Shown piece after piece: positions 13,492-22,012 of a stretch of 64,000 nt of DNA. Location of the stretch: positions 3,198 to 67,197 of the forward strand of contig CAVQQF010000009.1 of the NCBI GenBank assembly GCA_963714825.1, written 5' to 3'. Under the pieces are notes generated by a model. The model was given only the letters and a program-made list of their open reading frames with translations. It was not told the origin of the DNA and made no database searches. How positions within the stretch are numbered: position 1 is the stretch's first letter; each line of letters opens with the position of its first letter. The DNA is from an uncultured Bacteroidales bacterium. GTDB lineage: Bacteria > Bacteroidota > Bacteroidia > Bacteroidales > UBA4417. The position numbers were made by a program, and so were the translations under genes.

Positions 13492-13510
13492 TTGAATTTT
13501 GAATTTTGAA

Positions 13511-13642
13511 TTTCATTTACCACGGAGGCACGGAGAACACAGAGAACCACAGAGGTTATTTTCTGCTCAATTTTCTCTTTTCACTATTTTTATTTCATTT
13601 ACCACGGAGGCACGGAGAACACAGAGAACCACGGAGGTTATT
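13511..13642. repeat. Two direct copies of a 50-nt module (13511..13560 and 13593..13642)
   Basis: tttcatttaccacggaggcacggagaacacagagaaccac(a/g)gaggttatt occurs twice, 82 nt apart. Related partial copies are at 4935..4975 and 13901..13916. Confidence 0.85.
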
Positions 13643-13761
13643 TGCTTATCGCTTTGAGGTAATATTTGCGTTTTTATGTCTACTAATGGCCTTTTCCTGA
13701 TAGAAATCGGAACCCAAGGGGCTTAACGTGGACGAGCTTATCATCCCTCTGCCATTCGAAT

Positions 13762-13813
13762 GCTGAGCGTAGGTTGCTGAGCGTAGGTTGCTGAGCGTAG
13801 GTTGCTGAGCGTC
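13762..13813. repeat. 14-nt minisatellite (gctgagcgtaggtt), about 3.7 units
   Basis: Read directly as head-to-tail units with no spacers. Confidence 0.9.
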
Positions 13814-13819
13814 AGGTAT

Positions 13820-13887
13820 CGAAGCAAGTCGAAGCAAGTCGAAGCAAGTCGAAGCAAGTCGAAGTAAGCCGAAGTAAGCCGAAGCAT
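13820..13887. repeat. 10-nt minisatellite (cgaagcaagt, with cgaagtaagc variants), about 6.7 units
   Basis: Read directly. It abuts the 14-mer array. Confidence 0.9.
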
Positions 13888-13900
13888 GACCTTTGAATTT

Positions 13901-14105
13901 CATTTACCACGGAGGATATTTTCATTTTGCACTTTTAGTTTACAAGTTACCCCCGCCCCCCGGAGGGGGCCAAACGTAGACGAGTTATGACCTTTAACCT
14001 TCGGCCTTCGAATGCTGAGCGTAGGTTGCTGAGCGTAGGTTGCTGAGCGTAGGTTGCTGAGCGTAGGTTGCTGAGCGAGTCGAAGCAAGCCGAAGCATGA
14101 CCTTT
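13901..14105. repeat. Composite spacer block, copy 2 of 2, containing a 14-mer array of about 4.6 units at 14014..14077
   Basis: Collinear with 4735..4904. The two blocks differ mainly in 14-mer copy number. Confidence 0.85.
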
Positions 14106-14139
14106 AAACAAAAAAAGGCCCCCTTTCGGGAGCCTTTTT
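14106..14139 (-). terminator. Rho-independent terminator downstream of the intact giant gene
   Basis: On the minus strand: GGCTCCC-gaaa-GGGGGCC stem-loop followed by a T-run (TTTTTTTGTTT), starting 20 nt after the stop codon. Confidence 0.8.
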
Positions 14140-14158
14140 CACATTTTCCAATTAAGGA

Positions 14159-17100
14159 TTATTTGCTTACAACGAACTTACGGCTGAAGGTTTCGCCACT
14201 TGCGGTGGTGAATTTCACGCTATAAGCACCGGCTGCGTAGTTAGAAGTGTTGAGCGTAATGGTGGTTTCACCCTTAACGGTCTTCTCTGCTACTACTGAT
14301 CCCAGTGAATTGTATACCATAATGCTGCTTACTGCTTTGGTAAGATCAATTCTTACATAAGTGGTGGCAGGGTTAGGATATACTTTTACTTCGTTGGTTT
14401 CGCTTGGGTTAACACCTACGAAAATACAATCCCAGTCAATGTTCGACGGCATCGATTCGCCTTCAGTATAAACAGCGGTTACCTGGTATTCGTAACAGTT
14501 GGTTACTAAGTTCGAAAGATTCATGTCGAGGTACTCGGTTTGTGTTACAGTAGCAATTTTAACCCAGGTTGGGGTTGCGGTGCTGGTACCTGCCGGGAAT
14601 ACAGCATATGCATTGCGGTATACATTGAAACCGGTTAATGCGTCGCTGTTATCGCCAAGGATGGTAGCATTTGCAACTTCGCTGCCTGTGTTGTTATTCA
14701 ACGGTTTGGCCGATAATGTACCTGCCAATGGTGATGAATAACTGCTGCTGCTGGTCGAAGGTTGGAAGGTTACCTGTGTCTTGCTGTCGCCAACAAGGCC
14801 GGTAGCGCGGATAAAGGTTACACTTGGAGCAAATCCGAAGCTGCTGAGTTTATCCCATCCTGATCCGTCGTAATACCACTCAAGGTCTAAGGCTGCATTC
14901 GGGCCATCCTCGTCAAGATTGAGAATATCCGATTGTGTAGCTACAACCATGTGTAACATCACGTAGAAAGTTCCATCGAAAGCTACATCAGGTAAAGCTA
15001 CGTTAGTCCACTCACCGAAGGTCGGGGTGAAGGTTGCGGAGCTTCCTACCAGGTTTTTGCCTGAATCGAAGATATCGAATGAATAGGTTGCTGAACCATT
15101 AGCATCCATAAATACTGAAGCGGATTGTAATACACCGGCATCGGTAATAGGGAACTCGTTTCCTAACCAGCCTTCGCCAGCTGCATTGAAGTAAACTCCG
15201 TTTTCAGCTGTGTTGTCATCGAGGATGTACGACATAATGCTTCCACCACCTTCAGGTGCACTCCAGGTCAACTTAATGTCGTTCTGTGGTGTACCTTCGC
15301 GGGTAGCTACAAGGTTCAACGGTGGCATAAATTCGTATCCAACATAGATATGAATATTGTCAACTGCCCAGTAGAAAATATCACCGGTCAGAGCGCCATT
15401 GGCATTGAAACGTACTTTAAACACCTTGTTCTTAGCCTGGTTGCTAATGTTGATATGTTCTGAGGTCCAGTCGAAATCGCCATTGTTGGCATATTCCTTA
15501 ACTGTAACCCAGCTTGAGCCGTTCCATACTTCTACTGTGAGCATTTCCATAGTTGAAGCAGTGCGATCGTCAAGTTTCAGATCAAAGTCCATCCAGATCT
15601 TATAAGGAGTGGTAGTGTTTACGTTGGTAGCATTCAGGTAGAAACTCTCCAGTGAACTCGAATAATCGGTCATCAGAGGATCCCATTTGAATTTAGCTGA
15701 TGGTAATGCATTACCAGCCTGGCCGTCCATAACCCAGTTCTGACCAACAGTCCACATGTTTACGTCGAATTGTCCGGTGGTCCAGTCTTCCATAAACGGA
15801 AGGTTGAAGCCGAAGAATACATCAACACATGCAGTACCTTCTTTAATTGATTCGCCGGTTGTGCCAGGGAATCCATAAGGAGTAAGGTCATATACTGCGG
15901 TGATATCGTAGCAATAAGCAGCTGGCATAAGATCCAGATCCCAGTATTCGGTCTCTGTTTTTGGTATGTTGGCTACTACTGCATCGTCGCGGTAGAGGTT
16001 ATAGCTAACGAGGTTACCTGCTGGGCCTCCGCCACCTGGATCTGCGCTCATGTCATATTCAAACACATGATCTTGCTGAACAAGACCTAACATTACATAG
16101 TGTCCGCTTACAAGTAAATTGGTATAAGCCAATCCACCAGCGATGCCACCAGCAAATAAGGTAAGGTCGGTTGATGCATCATGCATATCACCTGTAGCTG
16201 TAAGGGTTGTTCCGTCAATAGCAACAAGGTCAACACCATTGCCACCCTGATCGAACATCCAGAGGATATTGCCAATAGGATCATAACCTGAACCGTAGCA
16301 TCCTGTTAATCCGAATCCGGCTGCACTGGCTATCAGTGAACCATCCATCTTGATGCTTCTCAGACTGGCCCATTCGCCTACATAGAATCCACCATTACCA
16401 CCATCGAGGTTTTTGTTGTAACTGATGTGACGGATAGTAGTACCAGGAGCACTAACTGATCCGATCAGAACCTTATTGGTGAAATCCATTTCGTACAACG
16501 TAGTGCTGTTGTTCGAACCATAGAAATGATGATTTACAGTATTGTATGCAAGGTCGCGGATACTGTTAACACCAGCAATGCTGAAGTCTTCGATAAAGTT
16601 ACCTGCAAGGTCGAATTTGGTGAATCCACCGCCGCTCCAGATAGTTGAATAAATAAATGAACCATCGGTTTCAATACCGGCGTGACCGGCTGTTGGCATA
16701 GCAAACTCCAGAAGAATATCCCACATAGCAGCAGCAGCATCGCCACCGGTGTATTGGGTTACCATTGGGCTGTACTCAGCAGTTGCGATAGGCATTTCGG
16801 TACGAACAATCGATCCGGTTGCAGCATAATCGCCACTCAAAGGAGGTTCCCATGTAAGGATAGCAGCACCTGAAGTAGTTGAAATATTTGCAACAGCTTC
16901 GAGGTTACGTGGAGGATAAAGGAAACAACTGGTGAAAGTATAGGTTTCCAGTTCGGAGTAACCTGAACAATACAGTCCGGCTACACCTGCTACGTAAGTT
17001 TGTCCGTAGTTGATAGTACTTGGGTTAAATGTCCAGGTAAGATCAGGAGTCTGACCAACTTCAGTTCCATCGAGGAATACGCCGTAACCTTGTACAGGTA

Positions 17101-20100
17101 CGCCGCCCGAAGCAAGAACTACATCATCGATAGCCCAGCCTGATGCCCATTGAGCAGCATCGTCAGCGTGGAATGCAAACCATACCGAACCAAGACCTGC
17201 TGCACCTGAATAAGCTGCCAGGTCAATATCTACCTGCTGCCAGGTAGCTGCCGGTGTACATGTGTAGATCGGTGTCCAGCTTGCGCCGGCATCGGTACTC
17301 ATTTCAACGAAAGCCATTTGGCCGAAATCGCCGTTGTAGAAGCTCTGGAAGCTGAGTACAAAGCTTGGTAAGCCTGTAAGATCCAGTTCAGGAGTGATCA
17401 GGTAATCGCAACATCCGTTGTTGGCTGATCCACCTTCGTCATCATTAGCTACAGCATAGGTAGTATGACCAGGAATAGCAAAGTATGCGCTTCCACCATC
17501 GGTGGTACCATACCAGCCTACTGAACCCTGGGTTGTTGCCTGCCAGCCAGCTGGAGGGAATACACCACCTTCGAAGTTTTCCATTACGGCTATTGCCAAT
17601 GGCTCTTCCCAGGTAGCTACAAGAGTTCCGCATTCAACCATCAGGTTGCGTGGTTTGTAACGAATATCGTCAAGAATAGCATTAATGGTTTTGTTGGCAT
17701 TAATGGTTACTTCAACAGTGTAAGTATAATAACCGGCTTTAACAATTTCCATTACATATTTTCCTTTGATTACGTTATCGAACAATACAGTACCTGAAGC
17801 AGGAACAGTAGCAGTGAGAACGTCGTAAGGATAGTCAAGTCCGGTAAGGGTTACAGTTGCACCTTCGGCAGGAACAAATCCGCAAACCAGTTGAACGTTA
17901 ATAGTTACATCAGCAAACATTTTATGTGGTACATTATTAGTATACACATAAGGTGATTGCTGTGCGTTAGGATAAGTTGCTTTTACTCCGTAAGCATACC
18001 AGCCCTGAGCCAATCCTGACCAGGTTGATCCACCTTCGGTATAGGTAGTAGCAGTGATATCATTGCTGATGGTGGTGAATACACCGGCTGCAGGAGCAAC
18101 AGGAGTTACAGCACCTAAGAAAATACGTGCAAGATGATATTTGCTAACCATATCGCTGTTATCGTATCCTTCGGGAGCAGTTACCATGGCGCTCATTCCG
18201 GTTTGTCCGGCTACAGCCATAGGTTTACTCTGCGAAATCATACCGGCTACTTTACCAGGTATTGCCTGGGCAACTACCATAGCATCATCGTCGCCGCTCA
18301 TCGGGCCACTTACGATAGCGTGCATCATAAAGTCCTGGTATGGGCTTAATACCCATGGACTGTTGGTGCTTACGTTACGCGAATAGCTCTTATAAGCTTT
18401 AGGTTGTGATTCGTCAACACCGATTGGTGCGCAGTTAGGTGACATTGTTCCCTGTACCATTACGATAAAGAAATCGCCACTTGTAATATTAGCGTTCAGG
18501 CCGGTTACATTAACCCAACCGAAGTTGGTTACTGATGCACCTACTGAATCGATCATAGTACCAGGCATGCCGTTAGCGTCGGTATTGAAAACCTTAACAG
18601 CAAATTCAGCACCGTTGATTACGCCACCGGCTGGGAAACTACCGTCGCCAACAAAAAGTTTAGCGCCGACAACCGTTGCAGGATAGCCTTTAGGGGTGAA
18701 TTTAACAGCATTCATGTTGCCAGGAACCTGCCATGCAGCAAAGTTCTCAGCGGTACCATCGTCATAAAGTAATTCGTATGGGCCTGTAGGCACACACCAT
18801 GTAACAACACACTCGGTATCAGTAGCATTTACTGCTGCCGATGCACACGAAGGAGCATAAAGTTCTTCGCACATCATGGCATTAACTGTAGTGGTATTGC
18901 CTGCAGTTACTACGGATCCCGCAACGGTTACAGTCTGGAAGCCTGCCCTGGTAAATACGAGATCGTAAGTACCGGCATCAGCCATAAAGCTGTATTCGCC
19001 GTTATCGTCGGTCATAGCCGAGAAAGTAGTAGCATTAACCATAACACCTGGTAATACATCACCGCTAACACAGTCAGTTACAACACCTGAAATAATACCA
19101 GGTATGGTTACTGTCATAGTACAAGGAATGTTTACAGCGGTGTTGGCCATATCGTTGCTGTTCAGGGCTAGCTGGTTTACATATACACCTGCTGGTGCAT
19201 AGTCGCCGATAGCTGAGAAAGTTGGTTTTACCTTAACGGTTGAACCGGCTGCAACAAAACCGCTGGCTGGAACTACAGCTGTAATAAAGGTCGGAGCCTT
19301 GATGTTTACAGAGTAATCTTCGACCTCACCATAAGTTTGCGATCCGCAAGGATTGCCTGATGATGTGGCATAAGACATACGTACACGCATGGTAGTTATG
19401 CCCGACATAGCACCTGCAGGAACAGCAATGTCGCCTGCAAAGTTTGAGCCTCCACCAAGGGTAGCAAGTTGGGTAAGTTCACTGGCTTCGAAAGTATCGT
19501 TGTGATTGTAATCAATCCAAACATATACATAATCGCTGCTGTAAGCATTTCCTCCGTTGAGTGCAGTCATAGGATAGGTTACACCTTTTACAAGATCAGT
19601 CGATATTGCAGTGTAGTTTCCATAATTGGTACATCCCGAAGTATTGTTGATAGTTCCGAGTTTTACATTACCAATATACTCATCACAAGCTGTTGATGTA
19701 GCTGTACAATAAGCAAGCGGACTGTCGCCTGAATTATCAACATAGTCAGGGAATTCATAAGCAAGAGTTCCGAGGCCTGTATTATTGATATCGAGGGTTA
19801 CCTGTTCGCTGGTACCTGTCCATACGGTAGCTGCAAGAGCTGCTGGCGACCAGGTCATGGTTGGGTTCGGCCATTCAACAACTACACATGCAGGAGCAGT
19901 AGCGCCGGCTGTATAAACAGCATCAACACAATAATCATATGTTCCAAAAGCAGGAAGCATATCATTATAAGTAGTTGCGCTTGGAACGATTGCAATCTGT
20001 GTTCCGTTACGTTTTACGGTATAATAAAGGAATCCTGTGCCAGGGGTGCATTCCCATGTAAGGTTAACTGCACCTGTCATCTGGTTGGTAAGGGTTCCGT

Positions 20101-21694
20101 CAAGGTTGGTAACAGGTACAAGAGCTGCACCGGCTACAACCATATTTACAGGAACAACAAGGGTTCCAACGTCAGGACTTGAAACAAAAGTAACAGTTGC
20201 TGAAAGCAAAGTTCCTGAAGCAAGACCTGAAGCATTGAAATTAGCCGCAACCGATGCATTGGTTGATGAAGCAACAGTGCCGGTAAGTGTTGGCATGCTG
20301 AACCATGAAGTGTTAGTACTTCCGTAAGCTATAGTAGCAGTCCATGTAAGTGGTCCGCAACCAGGGTTGGTAACTGCAAACGCATTATTAACAAATGCGT
20401 TAGGGTTAACCGTAACGTTGTTAGGGTTAGGAAGAACAGTCATACCCGGCTGGGTAATAGTAATATTCTGAGCGGTTACAGCAAGTGCAGCAATAACAAC
20501 ACCTGGAAGTGAAACCGTGTTATATCCAGCTTTTTGAGCAGCCAGTGTATAAGTTCCGGAAGGAATATTTACAAACTGGTATTTGCCATCAATTGCACTG
20601 GTAGTAGTGTAGGTACCCGGGCCTGTAACAGCAACGGTAGCTCCTTGTACAGGAACACCATAGCAGTTAAGCACAAAGCCTTCGAGTGTACCATTACCAG
20701 CATATGTGGTAAATGAATAGGTAGGAACACCGGTAGCATCACCTAATGAGTTAAAAGGAACAATTTGCCAATTATAAACAGTAGATAATCCAAGAGCCGG
20801 AGCAGGAGTATAGTTAGTAGTAGTTACAACAGTTCCGTTAACCAGGTTTGTAGGAGGGTTATCGGTTCCGAGGAATACTTTATAACCTTGAACCAAACCA
20901 CCTGTTGTAGGGGCTGTCCAAATCAATTGTGTAGTGTTAAGAACATCTACAGCACCATTAGCTGGTGTAGTCATAGCTGCTACTCCAGGTACAAATACCG
21001 GAGGAGTGATTTCGTATACAAATTTCAATCCCGTTGGAGGAACTGTAGTTGCATTCAAAGTCATAGTAGCACCATTTGTAAGACCTGCAGTTGATGCAGT
21101 CCAGGTTGAGGCGGTAGTGCGGTTAAAGAAATCAGCACTGCTGGCGCCGCGTAATCCCACCTGAGGGGTGTAAGATGAAGTGTTGTTAGTAAAACTTCCA
21201 TAAACAATCTCAACTTTATTTGATGTTTCATAAAGTTTGATCTGGAAGTTGTAGTTACAACCGGTAGCGCCATAAGGCCTGAAATCGGACCACTGAACCG
21301 TTAATACACGGTTAGGTGCGGTACCTGAAGTTGTGTAGCTAATCGAGCCACCTGTATTGCCCTGTAAGTCGCGACCAAGCGCCGAAATAACATTATTGGA
21401 AGCTCCACTGCTAATCGGGGTATAACTACTCGAAATAGTAGCACCCATAGCAATAAAACCGTTTGCATTCAAACTGAAAGCGGTATAATCAGTACCGTCG
21501 TAGTTGAACGTAAACCCAATAGGGTTGTTCGGATAGCTGGTGTCGTCAGTAGTACCAGTAGCAAGAACAGTTCCTCCTGTAACAGGAGAATAACCAACAG
21601 TAGCCTGCGACCACTGAAAGCCTGAACTTACAGCACTAAAGGCACTGCCGGCAAAGAAAGCAAGAAGCACAAGTAATGTAAGAAATTTTCTCAT
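14159..21694 (-). CDS. Giant (2511 aa) multi-domain T9SS-secreted surface or adhesin-like protein
   Basis: Uninterrupted 7.5-kb ORF. Signal peptide MRKFLTLLVLLAFFAGSAFSA. Fn3-like and carboxypeptidase-regulatory-like blocks (GTLEGFVLNCYGVPVQGATVAV..). GEVED-type block (..GSQTYGEVEDYSVNI). Two MAM/choice-of-anchor-J-like jelly-roll blocks (ENFEGGVFPPAGWQ..WAIDDVVL and LPFMEDWTTGQFD..WAVDNIHIY). C-terminal T9SS sorting domain (VKVYPNPATTYVRIDL..GAYSVKFTT..KFVVSK). Confidence 0.9.
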   Translation of the reverse strand: MRKFLTLLVLLAFFAGSAFSAVSSGFQWSQATVGYSPVTGGTVLATGTTDDTSYPNNPIGFTFNYDGTDYTAFSLNANGFIAMGATISSSYTPISSGASNNVISALGRDLQGNTGGSISYTTSGTAPNRVLTVQWSDFRPYGATGCNYNFQIKLYETSNKVEIVYGSFTNNTSSYTPQVGLRGASSADFFNRTTASTWTASTAGLTNGATMTLNATTVPPTGLKFVYEITPPVFVPGVAAMTTPANGAVDVLNTTQLIWTAPTTGGLVQGYKVFLGTDNPPTNLVNGTVVTTTNYTPAPALGLSTVYNWQIVPFNSLGDATGVPTYSFTTYAGNGTLEGFVLNCYGVPVQGATVAVTGPGTYTTTSAIDGKYQFVNIPSGTYTLAAQKAGYNTVSLPGVVIAALAVTAQNITITQPGMTVLPNPNNVTVNPNAFVNNAFAVTNPGCGPLTWTATIAYGSTNTSWFSMPTLTGTVASSTNASVAANFNASGLASGTLLSATVTFVSSPDVGTLVVPVNMVVAGAALVPVTNLDGTLTNQMTGAVNLTWECTPGTGFLYYTVKRNGTQIAIVPSATTYNDMLPAFGTYDYCVDAVYTAGATAPACVVVEWPNPTMTWSPAALAATVWTGTSEQVTLDINNTGLGTLAYEFPDYVDNSGDSPLAYCTATSTACDEYIGNVKLGTINNTSGCTNYGNYTAISTDLVKGVTYPMTALNGGNAYSSDYVYVWIDYNHNDTFEASELTQLATLGGGSNFAGDIAVPAGAMSGITTMRVRMSYATSSGNPCGSQTYGEVEDYSVNIKAPTFITAVVPASGFVAAGSTVKVKPTFSAIGDYAPAGVYVNQLALNSNDMANTAVNIPCTMTVTIPGIISGVVTDCVSGDVLPGVMVNATTFSAMTDDNGEYSFMADAGTYDLVFTRAGFQTVTVAGSVVTAGNTTTVNAMMCEELYAPSCASAAVNATDTECVVTWCVPTGPYELLYDDGTAENFAAWQVPGNMNAVKFTPKGYPATVVGAKLFVGDGSFPAGGVINGAEFAVKVFNTDANGMPGTMIDSVGASVTNFGWVNVTGLNANITSGDFFIVMVQGTMSPNCAPIGVDESQPKAYKSYSRNVSTNSPWVLSPYQDFMMHAIVSGPMSGDDDAMVVAQAIPGKVAGMISQSKPMAVAGQTGMSAMVTAPEGYDNSDMVSKYHLARIFLGAVTPVAPAAGVFTTISNDITATTYTEGGSTWSGLAQGWYAYGVKATYPNAQQSPYVYTNNVPHKMFADVTINVQLVCGFVPAEGATVTLTGLDYPYDVLTATVPASGTVLFDNVIKGKYVMEIVKAGYYTYTVEVTINANKTINAILDDIRYKPRNLMVECGTLVATWEEPLAIAVMENFEGGVFPPAGWQATTQGSVGWYGTTDGGSAYFAIPGHTTYAVANDDEGGSANNGCCDYLITPELDLTGLPSFVLSFQSFYNGDFGQMAFVEMSTDAGASWTPIYTCTPAATWQQVDIDLAAYSGAAGLGSVWFAFHADDAAQWASGWAIDDVVLASGGVPVQGYGVFLDGTEVGQTPDLTWTFNPSTINYGQTYVAGVAGLYCSGYSELETYTFTSCFLYPPRNLEAVANISTTSGAAILTWEPPLSGDYAATGSIVRTEMPIATAEYSPMVTQYTGGDAAAAMWDILLEFAMPTAGHAGIETDGSFIYSTIWSGGGFTKFDLAGNFIEDFSIAGVNSIRDLAYNTVNHHFYGSNNSTTLYEMDFTNKVLIGSVSAPGTTIRHISYNKNLDGGNGGFYVGEWASLRSIKMDGSLIASAAGFGLTGCYGSGYDPIGNILWMFDQGGNGVDLVAIDGTTLTATGDMHDASTDLTLFAGGIAGGLAYTNLLVSGHYVMLGLVQQDHVFEYDMSADPGGGGPAGNLVSYNLYRDDAVVANIPKTETEYWDLDLMPAAYCYDITAVYDLTPYGFPGTTGESIKEGTACVDVFFGFNLPFMEDWTTGQFDVNMWTVGQNWVMDGQAGNALPSAKFKWDPLMTDYSSSLESFYLNATNVNTTTPYKIWMDFDLKLDDRTASTMEMLTVEVWNGSSWVTVKEYANNGDFDWTSEHINISNQAKNKVFKVRFNANGALTGDIFYWAVDNIHIYVGYEFMPPLNLVATREGTPQNDIKLTWSAPEGGGSIMSYILDDNTAENGVYFNAAGEGWLGNEFPITDAGVLQSASVFMDANGSATYSFDIFDSGKNLVGSSATFTPTFGEWTNVALPDVAFDGTFYVMLHMVVATQSDILNLDEDGPNAALDLEWYYDGSGWDKLSSFGFAPSVTFIRATGLVGDSKTQVTFQPSTSSSSYSSPLAGTLSAKPLNNNTGSEVANATILGDNSDALTGFNVYRNAYAVFPAGTSTATPTWVKIATVTQTEYLDMNLSNLVTNCYEYQVTAVYTEGESMPSNIDWDCIFVGVNPSETNEVKVYPNPATTYVRIDLTKAVSSIMVYNSLGSVVAEKTVKGETTITLNTSNYAAGAYSVKFTTASGETFSRKFVVSK

Positions 21695-22012
21695 TTTGTG
21701 TTTTTGATTTTTGTTAATAATTAATTGAATTGTGATTGGGTATTAATTGTAATTAAGAGAGTCAGCTTGTAGTGTTGTAAAATATACAGTATACATTTTT
21801 AAAAACTTACATGCCGTTAGTAACTTGACAAAAAATACGTTTGCTAAACTATATTTTGAGCAAACTGATAATGTGTAATTTAAGATACTTTACTGTTTTT
21901 TAGAGGTCTCCTTTCCTTTTCATTATATATCTTTACGGTTTTTTGATTGCCGGCAAAGATATAATTAAATTTATATTCCGTGGATTATTTTTAGATTAAG
22001 TTAGTGTTTACA

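Noticed and set aside
13762-14077. Tandem 14-nt and 10-nt arrays as a possible CRISPR array
   Set aside because: The units are directly adjacent with no unique spacers and are far shorter than CRISPR repeats. No cas genes are in the window. They are minisatellites.
13506-14088. ORFs 13506..13700, 13646..13903 and 13900..14088, and similarly 4781..4996, 31647..31832 and 35529..35768
   Set aside because: Their translations are just the tandem or word repeats (PRRHGEHREP.., AQQPTLSNLRSATY.., FSHSHILT..). They are not genes.
21766-21800. cttgtagtgttgtaaaatatacagtatac upstream of the intact giant gene as an inverted copy of the motif
   Set aside because: Only the first ~9 nt resemble the motif's reverse complement, and the orientation is opposite. 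The intact gene therefore has no clear motif copy within its 318-nt upstream spacer. It may be co-transcribed with 22013..25024.
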